A stretch of DNA of 64,000 nucleotides from the human T2T-CHM13v2.0 reference genome, Homo sapiens. The stretch lies in the NCBI RefSeq assembly GCF_009914755.1, contig NC_060932.1; one strand, written 5' to 3'. Below, piece after piece: positions 13,441 through 26,372 of the stretch. Made by a program: the position numbers and the translations under genes. Under the pieces are notes generated by a model. The model ran no database searches, had not been told where the DNA came from, and was given only the letters and a program-made list of their open reading frames with translations. Positions within the stretch are counted from its first letter, which is position 1. Every line of letters starts with the position of its first letter.

Positions 13441-16400
13441 CGGTGCCCTGGAACGGACGCCCCAGCAACTACCATCTCTTCCTCTGAGCCAAGGGTAACC
13501 CTGATGGTGGCAGGTAGGCCAGTATGTCTTTTTAAATTAATACCCTGGCAACCTACTCTGCTTTACCTAATTTTTCAGGACCCACCCAGTCCTCCCAAGT
13601 CTCTGTTGTGGGAGTTGATGGACAAGTCTCCAAACTCCGAGCCCGTCCTCCACTTTTCTGCTCCCTGCACACCTTTCCTTCACTCACTCTTTCTTAGTCC
13701 TGCCCTCCTGCCCAACTTTGCTCCTAGGCAGAGACATTCTTTCAAAACTCCACACTGTTCTCCACTTCCACGTTCCCCATAGTACCCAACGCATCAACCC
13801 AGACCTCTCCAGGGCTTCCAACTTTCTTCTATTCCTCCAACCTCCCACCTTAAAACATGGAACCTTTCCTTATCCCCCATCCATAGTTAACCCTGCTGTT
13901 TGCAATACTTCCACACCCTCAGTCACAAAACACCACACCTCCGTCCGCATTACCCTTAAAGAGCCCACCCAGTTCCTATCACAGAAGCAGTATCCCATCC
14001 CCCAAGCAACTCTCATAGGCCTAAATCCTATCATTTCTCGCCTCCTCACCAGTCACCTACTCTACCTGACAGACTCCCCTTTTAACACACCAATTCTATC
14101 TGTCAAAAAGCCAGATGGAACTTATCACTTAGTCCAGGACCTCAGGCTCATTAACCAAACTGTACTCCCAGTACGTCCAGTAGTTCCTAACCCACATATT
14201 TTACTTTCCGCAATTCCCTCCAATACCACCCATTTTTCTGTTCTAAACTTAAAGGATGCTTTTTTTCATAATTCCTTTACACCCTGATTCCCAAAACCTC
14301 TTTGCCTTTACATGGGAAAACATTGACACCCACCTTTCATGTCACCTTACCTGGTTCATACTACCTCAAGGTTTTAGAGACAGCCCCCATCTTTTCAGAC
14401 AGGCCCTTGCTCATGACCTCTGTACCTTATCCCTGAAACCGTCCACTCTCCTTCAATATGTTGATGATCTGCTCCTGTGTAGCCTCTTTCAAAGAGACTG
14501 CAATGCCCTTACTATCTCTCTTTTAAACTTCTTGGCAGAACGGGGGTATTGGGTCTCCCCTAAGAAAGGCACAAATATGCACCCCCTCAGTCACCTATCT
14601 AGGCCTAGCTCTTACCCCACAAACCTGAGGGCCACAACTGACCACATATCTCTCCTCCAATCCCTCCCATCTCTGCAAGACTAAGCAAGAAATTCTCTCC
14701 TTTCTAGGACTGGTGGGATATTTTAGGCTCTGGGTCCCCTCCTTCACTCTACTTGCGAAACTATCATACCAAGCCACCAAAGGCCCTCTCCATGAGCCTT
14801 CAAACCCTGCACAGCCTATTACCCAACCTTTCCATCTACTCCAGAAGGCTGTCACCTCAGCCCCCGTCCTCACTCTCCTAGACCTCACCAAACCTTTCTC
14901 CCCTTATACCAACGAATGGCGTGGAGTTGCACTAGGTGTTCTAACACAGTCTAAGGGACCCACCCTCCAGGTTATGGCCTACCTCTCCAAACAGCTTGAA
15001 GCCACAGTTCTCGGATGGCCTGCCTGCCTCTGAGCATTGGTGGCTGCTGCTGTCCTCATCCTTGAAAGCCTAAAACCATCTCTCCATGCCAACCTAACAG
15101 TTTATTCAACCCATAACATCAAGCACATGCTAGCTCACCGCAGTGTACTAAGTCTCATCTCTGCCCCACAGCTCCTCCAACTGTATGCTCTACTCACAGA
15201 AACTCCCCATATCACCATGCTAACCAGTTTCCATCTAAACCCGGCCATGCTCTTACCTGAAGCTACAACCACCCAAGACCCTATACACTTCTGTGTGAAC
15301 ACTGTTCAAACCTTTCTTATCATTTTCCAAACCTAACAGATTAACCCCTTCCAGATGCCTCCTTTACTTGGTTTGTAGATGGCAGCTCCTTCCTACATCA
15401 AGGATTCTGGCATGCTGGCTGTACTATAGTGTCACCCCCATGCACACTATTGAAGCCAATCTGCTCCTCCTAGGCACCACCTCCCAAAAAGCTGAACTCA
15501 TCACCCTCACTTGAGCTCTCACTCTAGCAGCCGGACAACAGATCAACATATATTCAAATTCTCATTATGCTTTCCACATAGTGCTCTCACACTCATCCAT
15601 CTGGAAAGAATGAGGTTCCCTAACTACAAAAACACTCCTGTCATAAATGGCTCTCTCATCAGCAAACTCCTTCAAGCTACCAGGCTCCCACAGAAAGTTG
15701 CCATCATTCATTGCAGGGGCCACCAAACCCCAGACAATCCTATATCAGCAGGAAATGCGCTAGCAGATCAGGTAGCCAAACAAGTAGCCCTACAACCTGT
15801 GCAAGGCCAGTTTCTGTCCCTGTCCTTGTTCTCGCCTCTTTACTCCTCAGAAGAAAAGGAGGACTTCTGAGCCCCAAACCTTCAAAAGCAAAGACCATGG
15901 TATGTCAAGGAAGGGCACTTTGTTCTTCCTCACTCTCAAACAATCCCTATTCTCCAAAGTCTCCACAACTCTTTTCATGTTGGTTACAAACCTCTCTTAC
16001 AACTTCTCCACCCTATTGTCACTTGTCCTCACCTTTCCAGCCGTGTTCGAGAAATCACCCAGTCCTGCTCTATCTGCCATTCAGTGTCATCCCAGGTCTC
16101 CCTCTGGCCACGGCCTTTTCCTACCCACCAAGCCCAGGGCCAGGTACCTGGGCAAGATTGGCAAGTAGACTTCACTCACATCCTGCCCAATAAATGGCTC
16201 TGCTATCTTCTAGTCTTTGTCTGTACTTTCTCTGGGTGGTAGAAGTGTTCCCAACAACTTCAGAAGTTGCAAATGTCGTCACACAAACTCTCACCATGCA
16301 TATACTTCCCCGCTTTGGACTCCAAACATCCATCCAGTCTGATAACGGGCCCGCCTTCATCAGTCAAATTACTCAAGGTGTCTCTACATCATTAGGTATA

Positions 16401-16950
16401 AAATGGGTTCTCCACACACCCTACAGGCCTCAATCTTCAGGCAAAGTTGAAAAAATTAACTCTGTCCTTAAAGCCCAACTCACCAAGCTGGCTCTAGAAA
16501 CTTGCCAGTCATGGACAAAAAAAATCTCCTTTTCGCCCTCATGAGACTCCATGCAACACCAAAGTCACCCTCTTTTTATAGTCCCTTTGAAATAATGTAT
16601 GGCCGAACTTTTATCTTGGAGCCTCCACCCTTACCAGACTCTGAGCCACTCGAGAATTACCTCCCCTTCTTAATCCAGACACGGTCTTTCATTCGTGAAG
16701 CAGCAAATGAGGCCATGCCCCTCCCTGTCAACACCTCCTTGTCCTCTCAACATAACTGTCTTGCAGGCACAGAAGTGTTTATCTGCAAATTCGACCCTCA
16801 CGAAAACCTACAACTGAAGTGGACAGGCCCCTATGCTGTGATACTCAGTATGCCAACTGTAGCGAGAGTCCAAGGACTCCCCCACTGGATCCATTGCACC
16901 AGGGTCAAGCTCACCCCTAAGGCTACTCCTTCCTCCAAAACATTAACAGC
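13441..16950 (+). pseudogene. pol: ERV pro-pol (protease, RT, RNase H, integrase), disrupted
   Basis: LLGRDIL, LVQDLR, LPQGFRDSPHLF, LQYVDDLL, IIHCRGHQ, SDNGPAF, PYRPQSSGKVE, WTGPY motifs across several frames. Confidence 0.92.
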
Positions 16951-17620
16951 AGACAACACCCTCAGAGTCCCTGTATATAATAACCTAAAAAAAAAAACAA
17001 AAAAAAACAATACTTAAAGGTAGGAGGAAGCCAAAGATGGCAACAGGATGAATGGCCTCCACAATGGATCATCAAACATTATGGTCCTGCCACTTGGGCT
17101 GAGGATGGTTCGTGGGGTTATCGCACTCCCATGTACATGCTAAATAGAATAATTAGACTACAGATGGTTCTAGAGATAATCACTAACCAAACCACCTCAG
17201 CCCTGGAAATGCTTATGCAACAACAAAACCAAATGCATGCAGCAATTTATCAAAACAGGCTAGCACTAGACTACTTATTAGCAGAAGAGGGTGAGGTCTG
17301 TGGCAAGTTTAATATCTCCAATTGTTGTCTTAACATAGATGATAACGGAAAAGCGGTTCTAGAAATCACTTCAAACATCAGAAAAGTAGCCCATGTACCA
17401 GTCCAAACCTGGAAAGGATGGGACCCGACAAACCTTCTAGGAGGATGCTTCTCTAATTTAAGAGGACTTAAAACGCTAGTAGGGATAGTAATCTTCATCA
17501 CTGGGTTCCTCCTATTTCTCCCCTGTGTTATCCCACTGATAATAAAAGCCATTAAACTCTTGTGGAAACTATAGTTAGCGGCCAAACAATCCAGACGATG
17601 CTCCTGCTACAGCGATGTGA
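16951..17620 (+). pseudogene. env: ERV env remnant: TM subunit, SU largely deleted
   Basis: Open frame 16984-17574: [27 protein letters not shown]...[27 protein letters not shown]...hydrophobic anchor [23 protein letters not shown]. Confidence 0.88.
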
Positions 17621-17758
17621 TGGATACCAACCCATCTCTCAAGAATACCCCAAAATTAAGTTTTTCTTTTTCCAAGATACCCACGCCACCCCTATGTCAT
17701 GCGTGAAGTAGTTATGGAGAAAGTTGTCCCTTTTCGTTTTTCTATAACCAAATAGGAA

Positions 17759-18146
17759 TGAAAGATTCTCCCCAGGGCCTGAAAGCTTAAGGGAATGAAT
17801 AACTCCTCCCTCCTCAGGCCCAGTCCCAAGGCACAAGACCACTTGCATCAGCAGCATGCATCAGCAAGATAGCAGAAGCAGGAAGAGAGCTGGCCAGAAG
17901 ATACATACCCCCTGAAGATCAAGAGGGAGGCTGTCTGGGTACTACGTAGAAGTCGTGTCAGCCTGGGATGCTTCCTGTTTACAGAGGACTATAAAACCCC
18001 TGCCCCATCCTCATTTGGGGCTGACGCCATTTTAGGCCTCAGGCCATCTGCACCTAGGTGCTTATTAAAACAGCACGTTGCTCCACACCGCCTGGTGTTG
18101 TCTGTTGGTGCGCTCTCAGAGTTTGAACTGATACAAGAGCCTTGCA
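17759..18146 (+). promoter_or_regulatory. 3' LTR (MER48-like)
   Basis: Direct repeat of 10911-11297, preceded by purine-rich aaataggaa, followed by TSD CCTTC. Confidence 0.9.
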
Positions 18147-18379
18147 CCTTCAACATAAAGTTTCCCTCAAAGAGGATTTTGTTTTGGTTTAGTTTTGGTA
18201 GGAAAAAGGAAAGTTATTGTTTCTGTTCTCTGCTTCTAAAATGCATTTTGTTTTTGATTTTATGAGATTTACTTTTCCGATTTCATTGACATTTTGTTCA
18301 GTTAAGATATTTCTGGCTGATATTTCATTAAAAAAATTACTCGTTAGAAGTAGTATTTTAAATAACTTGGGCTTCTTCC

Positions 18380-18682
18380 TTTTTTTGTTTGTTTGAGGCA
18401 AGGTCTCACTCTGTCACCCAGGCTGAAACTCAGTGGTATGGTCATAGCTCACTGCAGCCTTGACCTTTTGTGCTCAAGTGATCCTCCAGCCTTAACCTCC
18501 CATGTAGCTGGGATCAGGTGTGTGCCACCATGCCTGGTTATTCATTTTTTTTTTTAATTCTTTGGAGAGACAGGGTTTTACCATGTTGTCCAGGCTGGTC
18601 TCGAACTCCTGGGCTCAAGTGATCCTCCTGCCTTGGTTTCCCAAAGTGCTAGGTTTACAGATGTGAGCCACTGTGCCTGGCC
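18380..18682 (-). mobile_element. AluJ
   Basis: Diverged dimer with AluJ diagnostics (gctcactgcagccttgacc, gggctcaagtgatcctc). Confidence 0.88.
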
Positions 18683-18957
18683 TTGCTTTTGAAATGATGT
18701 TCAATGCCATAAAATTATTTTTTTAGTAGAAAATTAAAAGCTATTGAAATTGTCCCTTTTATTAACAAACCTTATAGAAGTAGTTATCCCAAGGAAAAGC
18801 AAATTTTTACTCATCAAAGGTTAGGATACTTCATGTTACAGTAAGATAATTCTGGAAAAGATAATCTGTTGACGATAATGTGCATAGACATTGCATTTTT
18901 GTTTTTGTTTCTAAAATAAGCCACAAATGACTTATTTTCAAGGACTTTCCTAAGGGG

Positions 18958-19357
18958 TTTTTAAATCAAGTTTAGCCTAAAGCTGTCTCCTGACATATTT
19001 TAACTTTGCCCTAAAGGTTTCTCTGTACATTGCGAACTATAACCTAAATGGATTTGTATACAGACTGTAGTCTACTATTGGGCCAATCACCAAGGTTGGA
19101 CATTCAAAGGTGACCAACTGTTCAAACTGTGTTCAAATAAGGCAAACGCTAAGCGGTAACTAATCTGGCTGCTTCTGTCCCTCACTTTCGTTTTCTGTAC
19201 ATCACTTTCTTTTTTCTGTCCATAAATCTTCTCCCGTGTGGCTGCACTGGAGTCTCTACACTGGCATCCCTATTCTGGCTTGGGAGACTGCCCGCTTACA
19301 AATTGTTTTTTGCTCAATTAAACTCTTTTAAATTTAATTCGGCTAAAGTTTTTAACA
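18958..19357 (+). mobile_element. MER57-type ERV1 LTR
   Basis: ttaaatcaagtttagcctaaagctg...ctgttcaaactgtgttcaaataaggcaaac...ttttaaca. Confidence 0.8.
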
Positions 19358-21021
19358 GATGGCATCAGAAGTGGGATCTGAAATAGAGCTTCAAATGATC
19401 CCCTGAAGCACTGAGTGACCAAGCAAGGTACCCGCCGGGCCCATTGTGTCCATTGCTCTCTCGGGGCAGCTGGGGATCATGGTAAGTCTTCTCTCGGATT
19501 CTGAATCTCCATGGATTTCTGTTTTAAGCTCTCCCAGTTTCTCTGAGCAAATTTCTGATCCAAGTAGGGTTTGAAAGTCCCAGAAACTGGACTGAGGCCA
19601 GGATTGGATTTGATCTGGTAATGAACTTGCTTGGATCCATTTAAAGTCCCCTTACTTCTGACTGAGTCAGAAAGAAACTTAGTAAATGGCAATATTGCAG
19701 GGGATGTAACATTTGGCTTTTGGAAATTTGCAGGGATTTTTGTGTTCTACCTCTTTGTTTCATTTTTCTTGCATGCTTAGGTTGGAAAAAAATCATTGGC
19801 TAAGTTGATCCAGGAAACCTGAGAGCCAAAGCCAATATTTGAGGTAAAAATGGGATCCTTAATTTCTGAAGAACTGAGTTTCTTCCAGCTTATCCGTGCA
19901 TAAGTATTAGGCCCCAGAAGCTGCAAAGTCTTACAGAAATGGCAACATCTTACTAAAGGTGCAGTGAAATGTTCCAAATGAACAGCACTGCACTGAATTG
20001 CATTTGAAAACAAAGGCTCCCAAATGAGTCTCATCTTGGGATGCCTATTGATAAGCAGAAGCTTCTAAAAAGATTTCAACATTTTTATTTAAAAATTTAT
20101 AAATGGCAAATAAAAAGCTTAAGTGGCTAAATGATTTAAAAAATTAAGTCTGCTAACCTTTTGTCTTGGTTACTATCCTGCCTCAAAGGTGGAAAGAAAG
20201 CTATCCTAGATAAGGTGTTTATAAAAGGTAGGCGTAAAATAGGCTTGTTTCTTTTTTAGATCTATCCATGCTGAGTCCAGGCATCCAGTGCTTTATTGGC
20301 CCTGTTTCTTAACGGGCTCCACCTATTAGCCTGAACTCGGTAATTTTAGCTAAAACACAGTAGCTAAATTAAGAATACCCTATTAAAGCAAAATACACCT
20401 TTCTGGAATTTAATTGGCTACCTTGAATCTCTTTTCTAAAAGAAATTTACATCTATAAAGGAAATCTCCACTTTTAAGGATGTCTGCCTATGTATATTTG
20501 AAACTCTTACCACATTCTTTTAAATTTACATAAGAAGTCCCACCCTTCTTTAACGTGCTTTTCTGGCCATCCTGTCCTAAGTGAACTTTTGAGTGTTTTT
20601 TTTCCCCCTTGGTTTGAGCAAATAATGATGCAATATTTAGGCCTAAAATCTTAGCTCTATGCTTATAAAACATAATTTTTTTGTTCCACGTAAGAGTTGT
20701 CCTTTTAGAAATGCTAATTTGTTGCCTAATTAACAATGGCTTAGGGCAATGAAATCTATAATTGTTAAGATTGACAGAGCAAGTGGGGAAAAGAAAAATT
20801 ATTTAAAAGCCGGCAAATGAAAATCCTTTATGACAGCTATAAGATCTGCTTCTATGTGTTTGTATGTCCATATGTGTAATGGGTATGTGATATTTGGTAA
20901 ATAAACCTAGTTTTTAAATTGTTGGTAAAATAAAAGTGGTTTCAAAATTATCAGTTAAATATAATTAGATACTTGCTTGATTTGACTGAGAACTTATGCC
21001 TTTGGTTTAAGAGTCTCTGAA

Positions 21022-21396
<375 letters not shown>

Positions 21397-21502
21397 CTAG
21401 ACCAGCAGCTACAAGCCAGAATCAAGCCCAGTGTGACCCCTTCTTCCCTGCTTTCCTCTGTTTTGCCTTCTGGCTATTTTGGGAGGAGTTGGATCCTCCA
21501 GA

Positions 21503-22035
21503 TGTCAAAGGCCTGTGAACTATGGCAACTCCATCTTAAATAGGGGCTGGGTAAAATGAGGCTGAGACCTACTGGGCTGCATTCCCAGACAGTTAAGGCA
21601 TTCTAAGTCATAGGATGAGATAGGAGGTCAGCACGAGATACAGGTCATAAACACCTTGTTGATAAAACAGGCTGCAGTAAAGAAGCTGGCCAAAACTCAC
21701 AAAATCAAGATGGTGAAGACAGTGACCTCTGATCATCCTACTGCTACACTCCCACCAGTGCCCTGACAGTTTACAAATGCCAGGGCAATGTCAAGGAGTT
21801 ACCCTCTATGGTCTAAAAAGGGAAGGCATGAATAATCCACCTCTTTGTTAGCGTATCATCAAGAAATAACCATAAAAATGGGCAACCAGCAGCCCTGGGT
21901 GCTTTTCTGTCTATGGAATAGCCATTCTTTTATTCCTTTACTTTCTTAATAAACTTGCTTTTGCTTTGCTCTGTGGAATTGCAAGATCCAAGAACCCTCT
22001 CTTGGGGTCTGGATCAGGACCCCTTTTCTGTAACA
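21503..22035 (+). mobile_element. MER41A-like solo LTR
   Basis: tgtcaaaggc...gcaactccatctt.aatagggg...cattcccagac...ccctctcttggggtctggatc.ggacccc.tt..tgtaaca; flanks caga/cagg. Confidence 0.85.
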
Positions 22036-22396
22036 CAGGTATAGGCTTCACAGCTCTGTCTTCTGTCCTAATGGACTCAGACACGCCCTGACCTTCATAA
22101 TCCTCTTGGGTGCCACACGGCTACTTGGGACCTAGAACTGCTGGGGGAAGACATTAGGGAAGCTAACTGTGTCATAATTTCAAAATTCTTTTCAGTAATT
22201 TAAAATCATAGAGTCATGATATATTAAATTAAATAATACATAATCATAAACTATCTGAATAATTTGTAGGTAAAGATACTGAAATATGAATTATTAAATG
22301 AGTTTAAGTCTATATACCTTGACATATTATTTTCATATGGTTTAGAAAAGCTAGATATATTTAGATCTGTTAATAAACAATACTTTGAAGAACTAT

Positions 22397-23183
22397 TGAA
22401 ACAGGAGTTTCCTTACCCCCTGTGGCAGAGGGAGTGGCTTGCTTCTTCAGTGCCCCAGAGCTCACACCTCTAGGAAGAGCATGCAGATGGGCAGGTTGTG
22501 GGAGTGTTTTGGGGCTCCAACCCCATGGCAGCATCTAGGGTTGAGTGTTTACAGCTCCCAAAGCCCCAGTGTGTGAGTTATAGGGTGCTCTTTCAGTTTT
22601 GCCGTCTGCATGTGGCTTGTGTTAATCAGCTCAATTAGACCCTCTGCCTTATTGCAAGGACAGAGGGCTTTCTGTATCCTGGGGTTCTTGCCCTTGTGTA
22701 CTAGAAAAATCAGATCACACGTGGGCTTGGAGAATGAGTGAGATGTTTTATTGAAGGGTGGAAGTAGCTCTCAGCAGATGGATGGGGATCCAGAAGCAGG
22801 ATGGAGTGGGAAGGTCATTTTCCCCGGGAGTCGGACTGCTCAGCAACCAGGCTCTCCCTCGACTGCTCTTGGCTGAATTTCACATTGTTCTGCTGTCTAT
22901 GGCCTGCTGGCATCTGCTGGTGCCTGTCAGTGTGCTCTTTCACTTCTCTGCTCCTCTTGATGTCCAGCTGCTTGTATGTGTGTCTGCTAGGGTCTCGGGG
23001 TATTTACAGGCACAGGATGGGGGACATAGTGGGCCAGAGTGGTCTTGGAAAATGCAACATTTGTGCATGGAAACAGGAGTGCCTGTCCTCACTTAGGTCC
23101 ATGAGCACAGGCCTGAGCATGGAGCCTTCGCCAGGGACCCCGCCCTTCTCTACCCAGCACTTCCCTGCCCCCTTCCCATATTA
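22397..23183 (-). mobile_element. LTR1-family (ERV1) solo LTR
   Basis: Reverse complement starts ..atatgggaaggggcagggaagtgctgggtagagaagggcggggtccctggcg and ends ...ctcctgtttca. Confidence 0.7.
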
Positions 23184-24256
23184 TTTTTCTAAAAAATTAT
23201 AAAATGGTTTTTATCTACAAATACTGATATAAAACCATTCAAAATTACTTTCTAGGGTTTTCACTAGAAATTAGGGTTACTAAGAGTTAAAAACTACTAG
23301 ATATGAGAGAAACAATTCTGTATACATAATGTATAAGCAAAAGCAAAATATGCATTTGGTAAGGAAAATTATAAAGGCATAAAAACGTGTGTTAAAACTC
23401 TTGTCTGGTTTAAAGTTATTTAAAGGTTTCAAATTGAAGTAAAAGGATAGATAAAACAAGATAAATATAGAAAGGGAAAAATATGAAATAAAAGTATTAT
23501 GGAAATCTTGTTAAAAGATGACAGACTTGATCAATTTATTTATGTTTTATTAAAACTAGTGTTAATAGTGATAATACACTAATAAAAATGTAAAACTTGG
23601 TTTTCTCTATTGAATAAAAATTCTGTGTAGTATTAATAAGACACAGTAAAATATTTTCATTCACCTTTTGAGTAAACTGCAAAAAGGAAAAAAAAGAGAG
23701 AGAAAAGAAGAAGAGACAAATTCTGTCTTAGGTCTTTTGACTGTTTGGGAAACTGAGTCTCCTTTATCAAAGAGTACAGGTTTTTGTTTTTAAAAATCTC
23801 CTTTGGTTTTTAAAAATCACTTTGGTTAAATAAATGACTTGTTTTTTGGTGGCCTGTGACCCTGTTTTGGTCAAGTATTTTAAACCTTTGACATATTTGA
23901 CAGGCTTCCCAAAATCAAATTTTAGCTTCAAAATTCTTTTCTGACCCCTAACTTTAGGATGCTGCAGAGGGTCCCTGAAGCATCCAAAAGAGAGGTAAAG
24001 AGGATTATTTGGCATGTTAAGTTTACATGGGAAGCATTGACAAATAAAAAATAATTTTTAACCTTCTTCAGCTTATATTTTAATGAATATGATTAACGTG
24101 TTTCAAAATTGTATGGGATTTCTAAAATTCTAATATGTCTGAATGTATGCTATTAATAATTATTATGGTTATTAGGTTAAGTTATTGTAGACCATAGAAA
24201 TAATAAAATTTCCTTGTCAATTGTGTCTTTAACTATGACTATTTAAAGTCATTCCG

Positions 24257-24556
24257 AGCTAGGCGCAGTGGCTCACGCCTGTAATTCCAGCACTTTGGGA
24301 GGCCGAGGCGGGCGGATCACGAGGTCAGGAGTTCAAGACAAGCCTGACCAACATAGTGAAACCCTGTCTCTATTAAAAATACAAAAACTAGCTGGGTGTG
24401 GTGGTGTGCACCTGTAATCCCAGCTACACAGGAGGCTGAGGCAAAGAATCGCTTGAACCCAGACAGCGGAGGTTGCAGTGAGCCAAGATCACACCACTGC
24501 ATTCCATCCTGGGCGACAGAGCAAGACTCCATCTCAATAAAAATAAATAAATAAAA
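24257..24556 (+). mobile_element. AluS
   Basis: Full dimer, (AAAT)n tail, TSD aaa(g/a)tcattcc. Confidence 0.92.
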
Positions 24557-25215
24557 TCATTCCCATAGCTAATTGCTTAATTCTGATGCAGTTTCTGAAA
24601 ATTTCACAAGCACAGAAAATTCTAGAATACGGTGTCTTTAAGGAGGTACATGAAAGGGTGGAAAGGACTCTGAAAAGCACTCTTAAATACAGGTTTCTGA
24701 TAACTTTAGAATCATATCATTTGGACTGGGTAAGAATTCCTGGAACGTTAATGAAACAACTCAGTGGTTTATAAAACTACTAACCCAAGCAGAAAAAAAA
24801 TTAATTTAATACGAAGAAAATATTTTGCCAGATTTTCATGCTAAATCAACCAATACTGAAATTGTTTAGATACACAATTTGAATGAACTCCCTGGTCTAA
24901 TTTAAATTACCTATGATAACCCATCAATTATCAGTGCTATGCACATAATTGGAGACACAACTGGTATTCAAGAGGACAAAAGTCCAGTGTTAAATGTGGA
25001 CTCATGGAGAACCAGGATGGGCGCCTTAATCCCCATAAGTCCTTAAAGCTTTTGTTATTAAAAGTTCTGCATTCCATGGCTTATTATGGAAAAGATAAAA
25101 TGATCCAAATTAAATATATATTGGTGTGGTGACTTCTAAATTGCTAAAATAGTTTATGACCAATATTTGGCTTGTCAAACCCATATTCCTGGGAAGACAA
25201 TAAAAACTTCAGGTT

Positions 25216-25887
25216 CATGGAGCCTCAGTGGGAGTCCACGGGGGAGGAGGACGCCTACTTCCTAGTCCTTGACCAGAGACTTTTCTAGGTGCAGGGAAAC
25301 TTGAACCATGTCTGTCAGACCCATGACTGCCACAAGAAGATGTCTCAAGACCTGACTGACCCGTGAATTGAAGAAAGACAGTTCCAGCTTTCAGAGGGAG
25401 ATGTTCTTCCATGATAAATGGCCCGGGAGGGCTGCATGGCCACCACAGCCACTGAGAGAGTGCTCCAGGTGCTCCAGAAAGAAAATGACAGCAACAGGCA
25501 GAAGCTGGCTGACTGCAAGGCTAACTTCCAGCCTTTCCTGAGAGGTCCTTTGGCTCCTGGGACTCTGCCCGCAGCCCACGGGGGCCTGGAAGTACCAGGG
25601 GGACTGTAGGCCCCCAGGTTCCCCAGGAGAGAGGCGGGTCACAATGTGAGGGCTTGGGTCCAGAGCACCTGCTGGGTTGATTCTGTTTTCCCTGTAGCCA
25701 GGCCATGAATGCCCAGAGACTCTGCAGAACATCAGCTGGTGCTGCTACCTTTAAAGCATTTGTGATCAGTCTCTTGTTTAGCTATGATTCATTAGTTGAT
25801 GCTGAAATTGCTCTTATTGAAATTTGATAGATAGCATTAGGATTGTTAAGTACTGTTTTTCAAATAAAGATTGTTTAATATAAAAAA
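25216..25887 (+). pseudogene. 5'-truncated processed pseudogene (C-terminal CDS plus 3' UTR); parent gene not identified
   Basis: GC-rich coding-like block MEPQWESTGEEDAYFLVLDQRL...MAREGCMATTATERVLQVLQKENDSNRQKLADCKANFQPFLRG...EVPGGL* with stops and frameshifts; AATAAA 25863-25868 then A-tract 25882-25887. Confidence 0.8.
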
Positions 25888-26255
25888 CCCAAAGGCTGCT
25901 AAAAGAAATTCTGATCTTTTATTTGTGTAATATTTTTCTCATATGAGACTCAAAACTCTTCTATGTATTTTCCCTTATTTGTGGTTTTGTAAAGAAATCC
26001 TGGTCTAGCATCCTGGCTTAGGAGATATGGTCTCTGACAGAGTCTGTACAGGGTAGGGTAAAGTCACATCTGAGAGGTCTCAGCTTTAATTACAGTTTCT
26101 CCCTGTCACAGATCTTAACCACTAACATACACATAGTGGTAACCTAATATTATGCCGTCTCAGAGAAGAGATAACTTGGAGGATATTATGTATAGACAGA
26201 GAGGAAAAAAGGAAGAAAGGAAGGAAAACAGGAGGACAGAAAGAGAAAGACAAAA

Positions 26256-26372
26256 CAGAAAGAATACGAGAAAGAGGGGAAATCCAAGGGTGTTGCTGCT
26301 CTAAGTCTATCATCAGAAAGAATACGAGAAAGAGAGGAAATCCAAGGGTGTTGCTGCTCTAAGTCTATCATC
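26256..26372. repeat. 58-bp tandem duplication (2 copies)
   Basis: cagaaagaatacgagaaagag(g/a)ggaaatccaagggtgttgctgctctaagtctatcat x2, one mismatch. Confidence 0.95.

Larger units (their letters stand above)
10911..18146 (+). mobile_element. ERV1 provirus, HERV-F/H clade (HERV-Fb/HERVH48-like, MER48-type LTRs)
   Basis: Two TG...CA LTRs, 5-bp TSD CCTTC (10906-10910 and 18147-18151), tRNA-Phe PBS, gag-pro-pol-env remnants. Confidence 0.93.

Noticed and set aside
11665-16950. Replication-competent provirus or intact Gag/Pol
   Set aside because: Fragmented into ORFs under 190 aa; protease active-site region frameshifted; SU missing
25216-25609. Assigning a gene symbol to the processed pseudogene
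   Set aside because: The peptide looks like a real protein C-terminus but I cannot identify it reliably without a search
26256-26372. Direct repeats as a CRISPR-like array
   Set aside because: Two adjacent copies, no spacers, eukaryotic context
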